Of a stretch of 62,532 nucleotides of DNA, positions 37,686 to 45,936 are shown piece by piece (within the stretch, counting starts at the first letter, position 1; every line of letters begins with the position of its first letter). The translations under genes and the position numbers were made by a program. The stretch comes from an uncultured virus (IMG/VR IMGVR_UViG_3300047471_001174) (taxonomy: Duplodnaviria > Heunggongvirae > Uroviricota > Caudoviricetes), in IMG/VR virus record IMGVR_UViG_3300047471_001174; one strand, given 5' to 3'. The notes beneath the pieces are model-generated. The model made no database searches. It was not told the origin of the DNA and worked only from the letters and a program-made list of their open reading frames with translations.

Positions 37686-37699
37686 CCTCACTCCTCTAA

Positions 37700-37717
37700 T
37701 AACTTTGTAAAAAGTTA
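37700..37717. promoter_or_regulatory. 18-bp palindrome copy 4 (TAACTTT-GTAA-AAAGTTA)
   Basis: Perfect arms; lies between a terminator and the RBS of ATG 37685. Confidence 0.72.
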
Positions 37718-37719
37718 CG

Positions 37720-37768
37720 AAAAAGGCCCGCCAGACCTGTCCCTTGCGGGGTGGTAGCCTGGCGGGCC
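37720..37768 (-). terminator. intrinsic terminator ending the RNA gene cluster
   Basis: GGCCCGCCAG/CTGGCGGGCC stem followed by TTTTT. Confidence 0.7.
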
Positions 37769-37781
37769 ACTGCTGAGAAAC

Positions 37782-37895
37782 TGCCCTGTACAGGAATCGA
37801 ACCTGTCCGAAGATCCTTGCATCTTCGTACCTACCGTCAGAACGGATGCCCCCATACAAGGTGGAGCAATCGCGATCCACTCAACGGGACAGAGC
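37782..37895 (-). ncRNA. tRNA-like RNA with non-canonical core (114 nt)
   Basis: Acceptor GCTCTGT/ACAGGGC, T-arm ACAGG-TTCGATT-CCTGT, long variable arm CGAAGAT/ATCTTCG; enlarged D-region and no canonical anticodon arm. Confidence 0.7.
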
Positions 37896-38068
37896 ATAAA
37901 AGCCGGTTGCCCTCTGCAGAAGGCGGCTACCGGCGGAGCCTCGAGCGATTGCCCCTGTGGCTCGTCTAGTCGATGTCTCAATTAGCGACTACCGGCCAAT
38001 CCGGCGTATAACTAATCTCAACAACCAACGCACACCGCTCGGGATGCGTCACGAGGTACACTGCCACA

Positions 38069-38143
38069 GGTGTCTGGCGAGATTTGAACTCGCGACCTTC
38101 TGGATCACAACCAGACGCTCTAAACCAATTGAGCTACAGACAC
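38069..38143 (-). tRNA. tRNA-His(GTG)
   Basis: Full cloverleaf: GTGTCTG/CAGACAC, GCTC/GAGC, TCTGG-TTGTGAT-CCAGA, GCGAG-TTCAAAT-CTCGC, C73; no encoded CCA. Confidence 0.95.
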
Positions 38144-38145
38144 AG

Positions 38146-38416
38146 TGGAGGCGGCGGGAATCGAACCCGCGTCCTGGAGAGTCTCTTCTGCTGCTTCTAC
38201 GTGCATAGCCTCTTAGAGGCATCCCATGCGGATAAAACCGTCACTCACGCTTGGCTTAGGCAGCCATTGCGGGCACACAGACCCGTTTGTCAGCCACAGC
38301 CGGAATCAACTTGTTACAGTCGACAATTGGTTTTTGATCAGCTTTTAACGTGGCCAACTGATCAACCACGGCACGCTACAACAAATTCGAGCAATCAGTC
38401 GAATCCAATCGCCCCC
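38146..38416 (-). ncRNA. ssrA: tmRNA (271 nt)
   Basis: 5' GGGGGCGATTGGATTCGAC and 3' GGACGCGGGTTCGATTCCCGCCGCCTCCA; G3.U70 pair; pk1 CGTGG/CCACG with TGATCAG/CTGATCA; tag frame ending ...MAA-stop. Confidence 0.95.
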
Positions 38417-38469
38417 GAATAAAGCTTGGCCCCAGTTTAACCTGGAGCCAAGCCACACACAACGTCACT

Positions 38470-38857
38470 TGCTGCGAGTTGGATTGGTTACCAACCTGGA
38501 TCGGTATAACCGTGATCTAACCTGCACACACGGCTTCTGCGGATTGAGTGCACCCTTTGCGACTCGATATGTAATCCTAGACAGTCGGTTAAGGTCAGCA
38601 ATGACCATCCGGTCATAGCTCGGAACTGTAATGTACGGAACACATCGGTTTCTTGCGGAGGAATCCCATCCCCGGCGTACGCCAATTGTGAATCTTCCGT
38701 ACATCAATCATTGACTAACAGATTCGCTGCTGGTATCTGTCACGCCGGCATTGTCGGCAGGGAGGCCCCGCTAGATGCATCCTGTCACCAGGACCGGGCC
38801 CATTCAATATCGATCCACCCCGTAGTAAAGTTGCCGGAACACCCCGGCGGCCGCAGC
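38470..38857 (-). ncRNA. candidate large structured ncRNA (~390 nt)
   Basis: Ends pair (GCTGCGG/TCGCAGC, extendable); internal stems ATGTACGGAA/TTCCGTACAT, TCCTG-GTGA-CAGGA, ATGACC/GGTCAT, ACAGAT/ATCTGT. Confidence 0.6.
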
Positions 38858-38863
38858 AAACAA

Positions 38864-39910
38864 CTACACCTGTGCCAGACCGCCCGGTTCACCCGAATCG
38901 GCTACGGCCAACGCACCGGTTGCCTCGCCCGCCTTGGCGCCGGACTTGATCAGAGCATCCGTCACCGCACCGGCCACGGACAGTTCCGTGCCCACTTCGT
39001 GCAGATCATCCTTGACCCTCGTTACATCGGTCTTGCCCTCAGCAATCCCGATCTGCGTGGCGATCAACTCTGTGATACCCGACGGCTCTTCCAGTTTGAT
39101 CACCGCATTGGTGAGCAACTTAGTCCAGCTGTCGAAGACCTCCCTGTCGCCATAGTACGTGGTCATATTCGGGATGATCACGTACACCTCAAACTTGGCT
39201 TCCAATTCCTTGACGATGTCCTCGATCGGAATGTCCGACTCGAGCTTATCGCCAATCAGCTTCTCGACGAGAGCCTTCTTCACCACCGGACGACACATTT
39301 CGTCAGTGATGATGAACAGGTAACCCTTCTCGCCGCGCTTCTCCAGGCAGTCCATTGCCGTGTGTCTGGCCATGTAGTACATAGCCAAATCATGAGATTC
39401 GTACTTCTGTCCGCCGCCGTCGCCTTCCAGGAAAAGATTGCTGATCGCCTCGTCGATCTCGATCCCCGCCTCGAACTGGCTGATCTGCAAGGGCATGGTA
39501 TCAGGCGGTCCGCCATTCCTGTCAGGTTCGGCATCACCGATACCGCCGATCAGGATATGTGGATGCTCCAGGTAACCTTTGCGGATGAGGAGCCCCATGA
39601 GTTTGGGCAACGCGTCCCGCACGATCTCCGGCACCTGGTTCAACGAGCCTGTCACGTCTTGCAGAATGGCCACTGCTTTGGTCGTCGGGTGTGTGGCTGA
39701 ATCCCTCGATTCACGCATGATCTGCCCAGCAAACGGGCTGGACGGACCAGCCTTGGTCTGAGGGGCCACAGCAGCGTGTGCCACAACTGCGCGTCCCTGC
39801 AACTTCGCTTTTGCCGATCTGTCGCTGTGGTCAAATCCTGACGTGGGAGATGACGCCCGCATCGTAGCCTTCGTCTTGAATGTGTCATCACTCCAATTAC
39901 TTCCACCCAT
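38864..39910 (-). CDS. von Willebrand factor A (vWA) domain protein
   Basis: Start MGGSNWS; MIDAS-like DVTGS, GIGDA, LFLEG.GGGQ..ES..LA.Y, KGYLFIITDE. Confidence 0.8.
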   Translation of the reverse strand: MGGSNWSDDTFKTKATMRASSPTSGFDHSDRSAKAKLQGRAVVAHAAVAPQTKAGPSSPFAGQIMRESRDSATHPTTKAVAILQDVTGSLNQVPEIVRDALPKLMGLLIRKGYLEHPHILIGGIGDAEPDRNGGPPDTMPLQISQFEAGIEIDEAISNLFLEGDGGGQKYESHDLAMYYMARHTAMDCLEKRGEKGYLFIITDEMCRPVVKKALVEKLIGDKLESDIPIEDIVKELEAKFEVYVIIPNMTTYYGDREVFDSWTKLLTNAVIKLEEPSGITELIATQIGIAEGKTDVTRVKDDLHEVGTELSVAGAVTDALIKSGAKAGEATGALAVADSGEPGGLAQV

Positions 39911-39978
39911 TTTGCAATTCCTTTCGAACAATCCGTACTACGGCCAGACAACAAAGCCTGGCCAACTCCGCGGCCTTC

Positions 39979-40176
39979 TCACTTTTCAGCCTTAATAAAC
40001 TCGAACTCCACGGTCCCTGTCTGCTGATTCGCAACCCAGTGGGCGACACCTGCCCCGACTGCTTGTTGCCTGACGGAGCTTTCGCCGAAATGCCAACCAC
40101 AAATAACTGAGACGGTGATGACTATCGACACGCACGCAAACAGGTTGGCCAACACCCATTTTTCGTCGCCATTCAT
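39979..40176 (-). CDS. small membrane protein (paralog of 52250..52450)
   Basis: TM helix followed by S.VR..A..AGVA.W.....TG...FE.IK. Confidence 0.65.
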   Translation of the reverse strand: MNGDEKWVLANLFACVSIVITVSVICGWHFGESSVRQQAVGAGVAHWVANQQTGTVEFEFIKAEK

Positions 40177-41726
40177 GTTTTGCTCTCCTTGTTCTCTACG
40201 GCTCTCACCTTCGCCTCGTCGGCTGACTTGGGGAATTCGTCGCGGCGGGAAATCCACTTCATCCAAAAGTCATTGCCGAGTCCGAGCTTGTCGATGTCGC
40301 AGAAGTTGTCAACACTGGTCGAGTAATACACCCCTTCCGGGATCGGCTCTCGCTCTGGGGGAGCAGGCTCCGATACAGGCAGATTGCGGATTTCGTCGAT
40401 TACGTCTTGGATTGGCACGAACATTGGCCAACTCGGGCTGAACGGCTCTAGAAGCTGCTCTACTATTTCAGCCGCCGGTTCCCACGATGAGACGGTGGGA
40501 GCGGGAGGCAGGTGCTTGAGGCGGTCGATCTCGATTACTGCCTGCTGCAACAGTTGAAACGTGTTGTTCCCACCGCCATAGAGACGCAGGTATTCTTTCG
40601 CGTGCAATTCAAGTCGCTTCACCAGGAGTTCCCCTGCGCCATCCGGCACGGTCGGGGCTGCTGGTTCTGCTACTGGCTCGGACTGCAATGCCGATTCGAG
40701 GCGCTCGGCAATGGCATACGCATCTCTTGACGAGTATGGGCCGTCGCATTCCATTTCTCTTGCCAGACGCTTAATGCGAGCCACCACGTCATTGACTACC
40801 TCGCGCAACGCAGGCGACGGCAGCGTAACGCCGCGCAGTTCATCCAGGATCGTCGCCCTGGCAATCGCCCGGTGTTCAACCGATGGCCGCAGGTCTTGGG
40901 TCCACAGCTTGTCGAGCGCGGAGTCAACAGCCGACTCAATCGTCGGATTTGACGACAGCGTGAGAGTGCGGAGGTGCTTCAGCAACGATTCTTTTGCATC
41001 TTCAGGACTCATCATCCTGGTCTGCCATCCGTATTCTCCAGCCCATTTGCGGTTTTCAATTATCCACGCATCCACCGCATCCTCAATCGACTTGTCCGTG
41101 GCTGGGGCTGGTGGGTGTAGCCAGTCAGTATCATTCGTGAATGACAATTCCCTTCCGCAATGCGGGCAGAATGTGGATGGTGCGGCGGGAGCGACGACGT
41201 AACGCCATTTGGTCGCGTAGCAGAGTGAGCATTCCTCTGACCATCGCATAACTTGTAAACCGAGTCCGCAGCTTTTCTCCATCTCCCACTCGATGATCTC
41301 GCCGACAACCGGCATCTTCCTCGGTTCGTCAAACGGCGGGTAGACCCACTCGCAGGATCGCGGATGCTTCAGCCGGGCGAGTTCGTCCTCAGCCTTAACC
41401 ATCCGCCGATGCCATTCCGCCACTCTTGCGAGTTTATCGCCAGACATCTTGCATTCCTCCACAAGCGTCCACGAATCAGGAATGTAGCCCGACTCCAACA
41501 CGTCAACGCGAAGCTGCTCCAACGCCGTCTTGACGTGCGAATGCACCTGATTCAACTGGGCCTGCAACTCCACATTCCGCGACTTGAGTTCGTCGTTCTC
41601 CCGTCGGACAGTACGCAGGACTTCGCGAATCTCCGCAAAAATTGCAGCCACCTTACCGTGCGCGGGAGCAATCGCCGCATCGAGACGCGTCGCCCAGTCA
41701 AGGTATTGTGAATCATTCATCGGCAT
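40173..41726 (-). CDS. multidomain hypothetical protein
   Basis: 517 aa; coiled coil, CPHC knuckle and Pro-rich linkers between short modules. Confidence 0.75.
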   Translation of the reverse strand: MPMNDSQYLDWATRLDAAIAPAHGKVAAIFAEIREVLRTVRRENDELKSRNVELQAQLNQVHSHVKTALEQLRVDVLESGYIPDSWTLVEECKMSGDKLARVAEWHRRMVKAEDELARLKHPRSCEWVYPPFDEPRKMPVVGEIIEWEMEKSCGLGLQVMRWSEECSLCYATKWRYVVAPAAPSTFCPHCGRELSFTNDTDWLHPPAPATDKSIEDAVDAWIIENRKWAGEYGWQTRMMSPEDAKESLLKHLRTLTLSSNPTIESAVDSALDKLWTQDLRPSVEHRAIARATILDELRGVTLPSPALREVVNDVVARIKRLAREMECDGPYSSRDAYAIAERLESALQSEPVAEPAAPTVPDGAGELLVKRLELHAKEYLRLYGGGNNTFQLLQQAVIEIDRLKHLPPAPTVSSWEPAAEIVEQLLEPFSPSWPMFVPIQDVIDEIRNLPVSEPAPPEREPIPEGVYYSTSVDNFCDIDKLGLGNDFWMKWISRRDEFPKSADEAKVRAVENKESKT

Positions 41727-41964
41727 CGGTCATTCCTTTCATAGTCTGGGCGGTACCCCATAGTTGTTCGTTCGTAAATGGCCAGCAGTTACCATCCTGC
41801 GGCTGCGATTTCTCGTGTGCTCTCGCGCAGGCACAACACGGTACTTGCCAGAAGCCATACTCGTCCAATTCTCCGCTGCCGAAAGTCAGGCCGCCATGAA
41901 TCCCGGTCGATACTCCACACATCGGATTGCCACACGGCTTGTCTTTAGTCGCCACCATCGTCAT
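41713..41964 (-). CDS. small Cys-rich hypothetical protein
   Basis: CGNPMC...TFGSGELDEYGFW..PC..CA. Confidence 0.65.
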   Translation of the reverse strand: MTMVATKDKPCGNPMCGVSTGIHGGLTFGSGELDEYGFWQVPCCACARAHEKSQPQDGNCWPFTNEQLWGTAQTMKGMTDADE

Positions 41965-42185
41965 CCCCCTTTCGTGGTCGATTCTTCGTCAATCAATTGC
42001 TCGAGCGTCACAAGTTCCGAGTCGGGATATTTATTCAATGCAAAGGCAATCCAATGCCACTCTGGTAACGCGGCCGCCCGTCGCCACGATTTTGTCCAAC
42101 GCCAGAACTTCGCGCCGCGATAGAGTTTGCCGTCAGAGCGGCGACGCATGAAGAATATGCCAACTGGGTAAAGAATCATCGTCAT
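41961..42185 (-). CDS. small hypothetical protein
   Basis: Start MTMILY; ATGA overlaps. Confidence 0.55.
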   Translation of the reverse strand: MTMILYPVGIFFMRRRSDGKLYRGAKFWRWTKSWRRAAALPEWHWIAFALNKYPDSELVTLEQLIDEESTTKGG

Positions 42186-42358
42186 CCCCTTTCGCTTTCG
42201 TCGGCCACAAATATATGAGTCTCGCGCCCGCATTCGCTGCAAATCACGTCCGTCAAGACTTTCGCTTTCGTTGTAGCCAGAAACTCCAGTATCCCCTTAT
42301 GGCGGGCGGTGCACGATTCGCAATCGCTGACGTCTTCGATTTCAATTTTCTGGAGCAT
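42182..42358 (-). CDS. 58-aa zinc-ribbon protein (below the ORF-track cutoff)
   Basis: Manual translation MLQKIEIEDVSDCESC...CSECGRETHIFVADESERG; GGAGAGAGGG RBS; ATGA overlap with the next gene. Confidence 0.6.
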   Translation of the reverse strand: MLQKIEIEDVSDCESCTARHKGILEFLATTKAKVLTDVICSECGRETHIFVADESERG

Positions 42359-42386
42359 ATCCCTCTCTCCTCTCTCGGGTCAGTGG

Positions 42387-43055
42387 TCAGTCAACTTCCG
42401 CCAGACGCTTCATATCGGCCATCGCTTCCTCGTTCGAGTCGAAGAACCGCACAGGCGAAATCTCATACCCGCTGGCTTTGTAGATTTGTTGGGCTGCGAA
42501 CAGTGGCGACGTTTGTTTCTCCAATTTCTTACCCGCCTCGCCCGCGAGCGTCACGACCCATCCAGCCCGGCAATGCGTCGTCTCGCACGTGTGCCAGTCG
42601 CTCATGTTCAGAGCTTTTGGCTGTGAGACTGCGGCATAGATTGTCTTGTGGATTTCGGTGATAAATGGAATTTCAATAGTGACTTTTTGAGGCACTATGC
42701 GGGAGCAGCCGGAGCAGCGGGAGCAGTCGTAGCAGCGGGAGCAGTCGGAGCAGCGGGAGCAGTCGGAGCAGCCGGAGCAGTCGGAGCAGCGGGAGCAGTC
42801 GGAGCAGCGGGAGCAGTCGGAGCAGTCGGAGCAGCGGGAGCAGTCGGAGCAGCGGGAGCAGTCGGAGCAGCGGGAGCAGTCGGAGCAGCCGGAGCAGCGG
42901 GAGCAGTCGGAGCAGCCGGAGCAGCGGGAGCAGTCGGAGCAGTTCACCAATGACTCTAGCGCCTTTCGCGCCGCTTCCTCGCTGCCCCAATACTCAATGC
43001 TCGCGGAGTTGTTTCTGTCATCATACAGGATTCCGTTTTCATTTCGGATTGCCAT
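42387..43055 (-). CDS. Cys-tripeptide repeat protein
   Basis: 27 C-S/Y-[DRG] repeats and a C-terminal LNMSDWHTCETTHCRAGW domain. Confidence 0.85.
   Translation of the reverse strand: MAIRNENGILYDDRNNSASIEYWGSEEAARKALESLVNCSDCSRCSGCSDCSRCSGCSDCSRCSDCSRCSDCSRCSDCSDCSRCSDCSRCSDCSGCSDCSRCSDCSRCYDCSRCSGCSRIVPQKVTIEIPFITEIHKTIYAAVSQPKALNMSDWHTCETTHCRAGWVVTLAGEAGKKLEKQTSPLFAAQQIYKASGYEISPVRFFDSNEEAMADMKRLAEVD
42699..42941. repeat. 9-bp tandem repeat x27 (coding)
   Basis: Units TGCTCCGAC/TGCTCCCGC/TGCTCCGGC on the minus strand. Confidence 0.95.
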
Positions 43056-43235
43056 GGTGGTTCCTTTCGTGGTCAGTGGTCAGTCAACGCGATTGTTGGT
43101 CTCAAAATCCTGCCAACATCAGATCGGAAACAGTGGTGTCGCTAAAAACTGGCCATGTGTCGGCAATTAAAGTGCAAAGCCTTCCATCCGGTACACGCCA
43201 GTTCCCAAAGATGTTCAAAAAGGCTATGCCCATCT

Positions 43236-43613
43236 TTACGCTCCGCTCCTGTCGGTCGGGGCTGGCAGGGAGTTGCGGGATTTGGCAATTGCCGTCGCCA
43301 TTCGGTCTGACCAGACCCGCAACTGCGTCAGCTTGCCAGAAATATATTCGTCGATGCACCTGTTGCCTTCTGCTTCCAGGACGCGATAAGCAGCAACCGC
43401 ATCGTCACGCTCTCTCGTCACGGCTGCGAGTTGCTGTTGGAGTTCTCCATGCTGGAACATGAGCCTGCGGATAGCCAAGGCTGTCATGTTTTTCGAACCG
43501 TCCGGGTGGGTCATTGCCGCTGCGATTACTTCAGCAATTTCGGCTTTTTCAATCTCAGAGACAGGCGTTCTGAGAAGATCAAGTAGAGACATATCGTCTT
43601 TCGATTCGGTCAT
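43236..43613 (-). CDS. hypothetical protein
   Basis: AGGAG RBS; 125 aa. Confidence 0.65.
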   Translation of the reverse strand: MTESKDDMSLLDLLRTPVSEIEKAEIAEVIAAAMTHPDGSKNMTALAIRRLMFQHGELQQQLAAVTRERDDAVAAYRVLEAEGNRCIDEYISGKLTQLRVWSDRMATAIAKSRNSLPAPTDRSGA

Positions 43614-43665
43614 ATCGTTTCTCCTGCTCGCTGTACGCGGATGACTTCATACTTATCAATTGGTC

Positions 43666-44010
43666 CTACTGTTTGCGATCCTCATCTTTTCGATTCCGTT
43701 CCATAGCCAGCTCTGCGTTGATCTCGTCCAGCGAGTTCCCAGACACTGGCTTCTTTGCCGCCGTACATCGAGCACTGCCCAGTTCGATCGCCAAAGCCAG
43801 AGCCTGTTCCTCGGTCATGTTTTTAGTGCCTGGATACCTGCCTGTCACGCCACCGACGTAAACCGATGGACCGGCCCGGCCACCATCCGGGAACACAGTG
43901 ATTGTCCGTCCGTTGCCCCGCAGTTGAATTTGTTTGCCGCCCTTGCTCACGATAGCTATGAGACCGGCTTCAATGATCTTCAACTGCAGAGAATTCGAGA
44001 TTTCAGTCAT
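43666..44010 (-). CDS. hypothetical protein
   Basis: 114-aa ORF. Confidence 0.65.
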   Translation of the reverse strand: MTEISNSLQLKIIEAGLIAIVSKGGKQIQLRGNGRTITVFPDGGRAGPSVYVGGVTGRYPGTKNMTEEQALALAIELGSARCTAAKKPVSGNSLDEINAELAMERNRKDEDRKQ

Positions 44011-44014
44011 GGTC

Positions 44015-45085
44015 TCACATTTTCAGTTCTACGAATTTGGGATCCCCGTACACACGCTTAGCCAGGCGATCGAACTCGTCGTACAGCTCAAACCCGTCAA
44101 CCGGCCGCTGCCACTGGCCTTCGCACCTGCAGCCGTTGAAAAACATCCGTAGCGACTCTTCTGACGCCTTAAATGCCGTCCACCGGCTGACGAGGAACGC
44201 CGCCATGTGAATGTCAGCCCCCGAGTGGGTCGGCCTCTTCGCGAACGCCTCATCCGGGTAGTACGGCTTGTACTTAAGCGGGTAGCTCTTGATAGGCTGC
44301 CCCACGGCAACCGACTGGCCCCAGCCAATAATCTGGACCTGGTGATTCTCAGGCCTGATCATAACGTGCTCGGGCGTGATGGCAGAATGGACAATGCCCT
44401 GCTGGTGGGCGAACGCCAGGGCTGTCAGCAACCGCTTAAAGATCCACACACTGTGCCTGGCATCCAGACGATGGTGCTTATCAGCCACCTGCTCGAACGT
44501 GAACATGCCCGGCTGGTGGACGAACACGTTGACCCGCCGCTGGAACCGCTGTTTGGCCGGGAACGACTCGACCAACGTCGGGTAATAGGACCGCATGTTG
44601 TCCAGGTTCTTATCGATCGCCGCCTTCTCAATCGCCAGCAGGACCTTCTGCTCGCGGTCCAGAAGGGCCTCGGCGCCCTGAATGCGGCTGACCTTGATCG
44701 TGTAGGTCTGATCGGGCTCCGACACCCCAGGACGCAGCAGGATGCGGTTCCTGGTCACGGTGGCGACAGGTTTGACGATGTCCCTGCCTGTCGCCACGTA
44801 GACGTCAGCCACGTCTCCTGAGGCCAGGCGCCGTTCCACCGTGTACGCTCGGGTGGGCGATGTAACTGTCATGGCCGGTCCGCGGGCCTTGTCAGCCAGT
44901 TGACCAGCCAGGACGAATAGCCTGGTCGCCGTCTCTCGACGGTAGGGATGCTTGTCCGGATGGCAGAAGATCTGGATCCGTTGCAGCGTTGTGTCGACAT
45001 CATCCCCGGCGCCAAACAACGACCGGGGATCGTTAATCGCTTCACTCAACCGCTTTTCTAATTCTTCAAGAGTTTTGTACTGCAT
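44015..45085 (-). CDS. J-domain-like plus protein-kinase-fold protein
   Basis: N-terminal HPDK; SGDVADVY loop, IKV lysine, W.FKRLL.AL.FAH..GIVHSAITPEHVMI, DI.MA. Confidence 0.78.
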   Translation of the reverse strand: MQYKTLEELEKRLSEAINDPRSLFGAGDDVDTTLQRIQIFCHPDKHPYRRETATRLFVLAGQLADKARGPAMTVTSPTRAYTVERRLASGDVADVYVATGRDIVKPVATVTRNRILLRPGVSEPDQTYTIKVSRIQGAEALLDREQKVLLAIEKAAIDKNLDNMRSYYPTLVESFPAKQRFQRRVNVFVHQPGMFTFEQVADKHHRLDARHSVWIFKRLLTALAFAHQQGIVHSAITPEHVMIRPENHQVQIIGWGQSVAVGQPIKSYPLKYKPYYPDEAFAKRPTHSGADIHMAAFLVSRWTAFKASEESLRMFFNGCRCEGQWQRPVDGFELYDEFDRLAKRVYGDPKFVELKM

Positions 45086-45099
45086 CACGATTCTTTCTT

Positions 45100-45543
45100 T
45101 TAGACGTCGGCTTCTTTCAAATCGGCCAGCAGCTTCCTCATGGCCTTCCACCAGTGCACCCGTGACGAATGGTAATCCCAAACGATTCTGTTAAGGTATC
45201 TGACATCCCGGTCGTTTTCGTCCTTTTCCCAACCAGGAAGATAAAAGTAGGCGTCAGAGACACGACCATATCGCAACTGATTCAGGGCATTGGCCCAGTT
45301 CGGAGCCGTGGCGGATGGTGTGTCTTCCAGCCCGAGCGTCATTCGCCATACCGTGCCGGCCAAGCAAGCATAACAGTGCTTCGGATTCTCACCCTCGTCA
45401 GGCCACCCAGGGCGAAGCCAGGTATCCATGTCTACGTGGCAGTCCGGCTGTTGCTCGAACAGTTCCATGTCGTGCAGAGCTAGTTCCAACAGCTCGTGCA
45501 GCTTGGTCATCAGTTCGGGATGTACGGTTGTTCCTTCGCTCAT
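45100..45543 (-). CDS. hypothetical protein, paralog family A
   Basis: KLHELL.LAL.D...C.VDM..W...C.ACLAG.V...AL..LR.G.V. Confidence 0.75.
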   Translation of the reverse strand: MSEGTTVHPELMTKLHELLELALHDMELFEQQPDCHVDMDTWLRPGWPDEGENPKHCYACLAGTVWRMTLGLEDTPSATAPNWANALNQLRYGRVSDAYFYLPGWEKDENDRDVRYLNRIVWDYHSSRVHWWKAMRKLLADLKEADV

Positions 45544-45603
45544 AATGTCCTTTCTTGAAGAAAAAGTGACCAGGTTCTTCGGTTACACTCCGCCAGTCAG
45601 TGG

Positions 45604-45924
45604 TTAATCCGGATCAAACTCGGTCTTCAACTTTTCAAACGCCACCTTTCGCGTGAGCTTATCGCGCTCTTTCTGCTCAGCCTCTGCTGCTTCCTGTTGT
45701 TGACGAGTTAGCCCATCCCAGGACGGCACTCGAGTCATATCGGCCACCTTGTAGCTGATCTCCCACGCCTTACCGCATTCCGGGCACTGAGCAATGTCCA
45801 CACTGCAACCGCTGTAATTGCGTGCAACACAGACCAGCGTAGGTCCGATCTTGTGCCCGGCTCGACTAGATGGCTGTGGACAGCGTGGACAACGGATGAA
45901 ATCGTTAGCAAATTTATCACTCAT
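45604..45924 (-). CDS. zinc-ribbon hypothetical protein
   Basis: CPRC...CPECGK; AGGAG RBS. Confidence 0.7.
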   Translation of the reverse strand: MSDKFANDFIRCPRCPQPSSRAGHKIGPTLVCVARNYSGCSVDIAQCPECGKAWEISYKVADMTRVPSWDGLTRQQQEAAEAEQKERDKLTRKVAFEKLKTEFDPD

Positions 45925-45936
45925 TGAACTCTCCTT

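Noticed and set aside
37782..37895. tRNA-Sec or suppressor tRNA
   Set aside because: It has a long variable arm but no TCA or CTA anticodon loop and only a 7-bp acceptor stem.
38470..38857. RNase P RNA or self-splicing intron
   Set aside because: No GAGGAAAGTCC/ACAGAA P4 signatures or intron core motifs seen by eye, and it does not interrupt a gene.
38711..39700. 329-aa plus-strand ORF
   Set aside because: Antisense to the vWA gene; typical shadow ORF.
42699..42941. CRISPR array or DGR repeat
   Set aside because: 9-bp coding tandem units without spacers; no cas or reverse transcriptase genes seen.
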